Assembly: GCF_009914755.1 (NCBI RefSeq)
Contig: NC_060926.1
Source of the DNA: the human T2T-CHM13v2.0 reference genome, Homo sapiens
Length of the DNA: 64,000 nucleotides
Reading direction: 5' to 3' (one strand)
How positions within the stretch are numbered: position 1 is the first letter of the stretch; the number at the start of each line of letters is the position of its first letter. The position numbers and the translations under genes are program-made. A model generated the notes under the pieces. The model did no database searches. It was not told the origin of the DNA and saw only the letters and a list, made by a program, of their open reading frames with translations. This document shows positions 62,250 to 64,000 of this stretch, in pieces.

Positions 62250-63800
62250 CACGTCATGTTTGGGATATTTTGGTGGTGTTATCAGTGGTTGCTGCTCAGT
62301 GACTAGATAAATGGATTCTGTGGAGATTACAAAATGCTGACGTTCTAATTCAATCACTTAATTTTTCCTTATTAGATGGAATATTTTTACAAGGAGAAGC
62401 TTCCCTCACCTGCACGATTTGGTCTCTGGTAGACTTCATGTGGGAAAGGCAGAATAAGTACTTGGTTCTTTCCTTTTTTTAACTGTTGTCAAGATAATTA
62501 GTTTCCTATCATCCTTCAAAGGTGACCGTTTAATTTTTTAAAAAGTTTTCTAATGAGGTGGATTTAAACATATTCATTAGGTTTCTATGCATTATCATTA
62601 TCTTCCTAATTGAAGCTCAAGCTGTTCCATCTTTGGGTGGTGGGGCCTCTTCAGGGTGAACCTTGTGTCTTCAAGATGACGCCAGTAGTCTTTGATAGCT
62701 TTCTTTCCATTTGGTATGTCACGATGTCCCGGGCTCATTTTGTACCCTTCTGCTCCAGTTTCCTGAGAAGTTCTAATTTGTTTTCCTGAGGAATGATATT
62801 TCTGGACCACAATCTGGGGCTAGGGATGAATGTTGCCACTGCATTGGCATTGTTTCTAGGCTTTTTCAGTAAACACAGCCAGGAGATCAAACAAGATCAA
62901 ACAAGTTATAAGTGCCTATTGATACTTCCCACCAAATTCAGGACCACAGGTTTTTCATGTAGTCTCTTATTGTACTAGCCTGTTCTCATGCTGCTAATAG
63001 AGACATCCACAAGACTGGGCAATTTATAAAGGAAAAAGGTTTAATTGACTCACAGTTCCACATGGCTGGGGAGGCCTCACGATTACAGCTAAAGGTGAAT
63101 AAGGAGCAAAGTCATGTTTTACATGGTGGCAAGCAAGAGAATGTGTGCAAGGGGAAGTCCACTATTCACTATCATGAGAACAGCATGGGAAAAACCCACC
63201 CTCATGATTAAATACCTCCTACCGGGTCCCTCCCATGACAGGTGGCAATTATGCAAGCTACAATTCAAGAAGAGATTTGGCTGGGGACACAGCCAAACTG
63301 TATCACTTATATAGTTCACATCTACTTTCTTCTGTTTAAAAAAATCTATCAAGGACTGTGCAGATGATTTATTTAAAATATCCCATAATTACTTTCTTTT
63401 TGCTTTAGCCCTAAAAAGTGTATTAGTCTCAAAATGACAGTACTAAATATTACCACCATCAATATGATTACGGAGAAGTTTCAAAATTATTTTTCCAATT
63501 GGTTGTCTGGTTCTTCCTTCATTTTTATGGTTGAACTATAGTTATATTGTCAAAGGATATAACCATTAAATATGATCCTTTCTACCTTTTACCCATATGT
63601 AGTGTAATGTCTATGAGGAGCTGTCTGTTTAATGATGATATAGTCTTTCCATTCAAATCTGCTTTGTGATTTTGATTCACAGAAGCTCACTGTCTAGAAG
63701 GCTCCTCAAGAAAAACTTATGGGAACACATTCCCTGAGGCTTGAGGGTGTTTTTTGGCTGGATATAAAAATCCTTGGTTCACATTTCTTTCAGGATCTTA
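62250..63800 (-). mobile_element. Ancient L1M (L1MC-like) 3' region, interrupted by a THE1 LTR
   Basis: gggaaaggcagaataagtacttggttctttcc, gctgttccatctttgg...ctcttcagg, cagtagtctttgatagctttc and tgtttctaggctttttcagt are antisense L1MC 3'UTR-type motifs; boundaries are approximate. Confidence 0.6.
62971..63305 (-). mobile_element. THE1 (MaLR) solo LTR with 5-bp TSD
   Basis: TG...CA termini, ggtttaattgactcacagttccacatggctggggaggcctcac, TSD cttat at 62966-62970 and 63306-63310. Confidence 0.95.
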
Positions 63801-64000
63801 CAAAGCTCACTGCACTTTTATGTACAAATTTCCACCAAGCCAGGCTGTCCGGGATTCCCTCAGCTCTCTCCCCTGAACCTCCATGTCCTGGACCCACCTG
63901 CCTGCCCTCCTTCCCAGGTCTATCTGGACAAACCTATCTCCCAAATTCCCCACATTTTCTTTGAGTGTTCCCACTCTCCTTGCCTTGACTGACACCTGGC

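Overview
Primate (human-like) euchromatic genomic DNA that is mostly non-coding. I see no prokaryote-type features, no CRISPR array, no rRNA or tRNA genes and no convincing full protein-coding gene. The long ORFs in the track come from simple repeats, a minisatellite, Alu or L1. The window carries eight Alus plus an Alu monomer, L1PA and L1M fragments, MST and THE1 solo LTRs, MER1B/MER5/MER33/MER58 DNA-transposon fossils, MIR/L2 relics, a ~2.8 kb 32-bp minisatellite with higher-order structure, a (GA/GACA)n tract and three local tandem duplications. Splice signals suggest the 5' part of a long minus-strand gene: a promoter-like zone at ~47.5-49.7 kb and candidate exons at 47242-47505, 41044-41098 and 504-603, with a possible divergent plus-strand spliced lncRNA at 55.6-56.7 kb. 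I could not name the gene from sequence alone, and I found no evidence of a new biological system. The most interesting items are the in-frame micro-exon pair, the L1/Alu-monomer chimeric and fold-back structures, a MIR-derived cryptic exon and the minisatellite's 7-unit higher-order repeat. Repeat subfamily calls are by eye.
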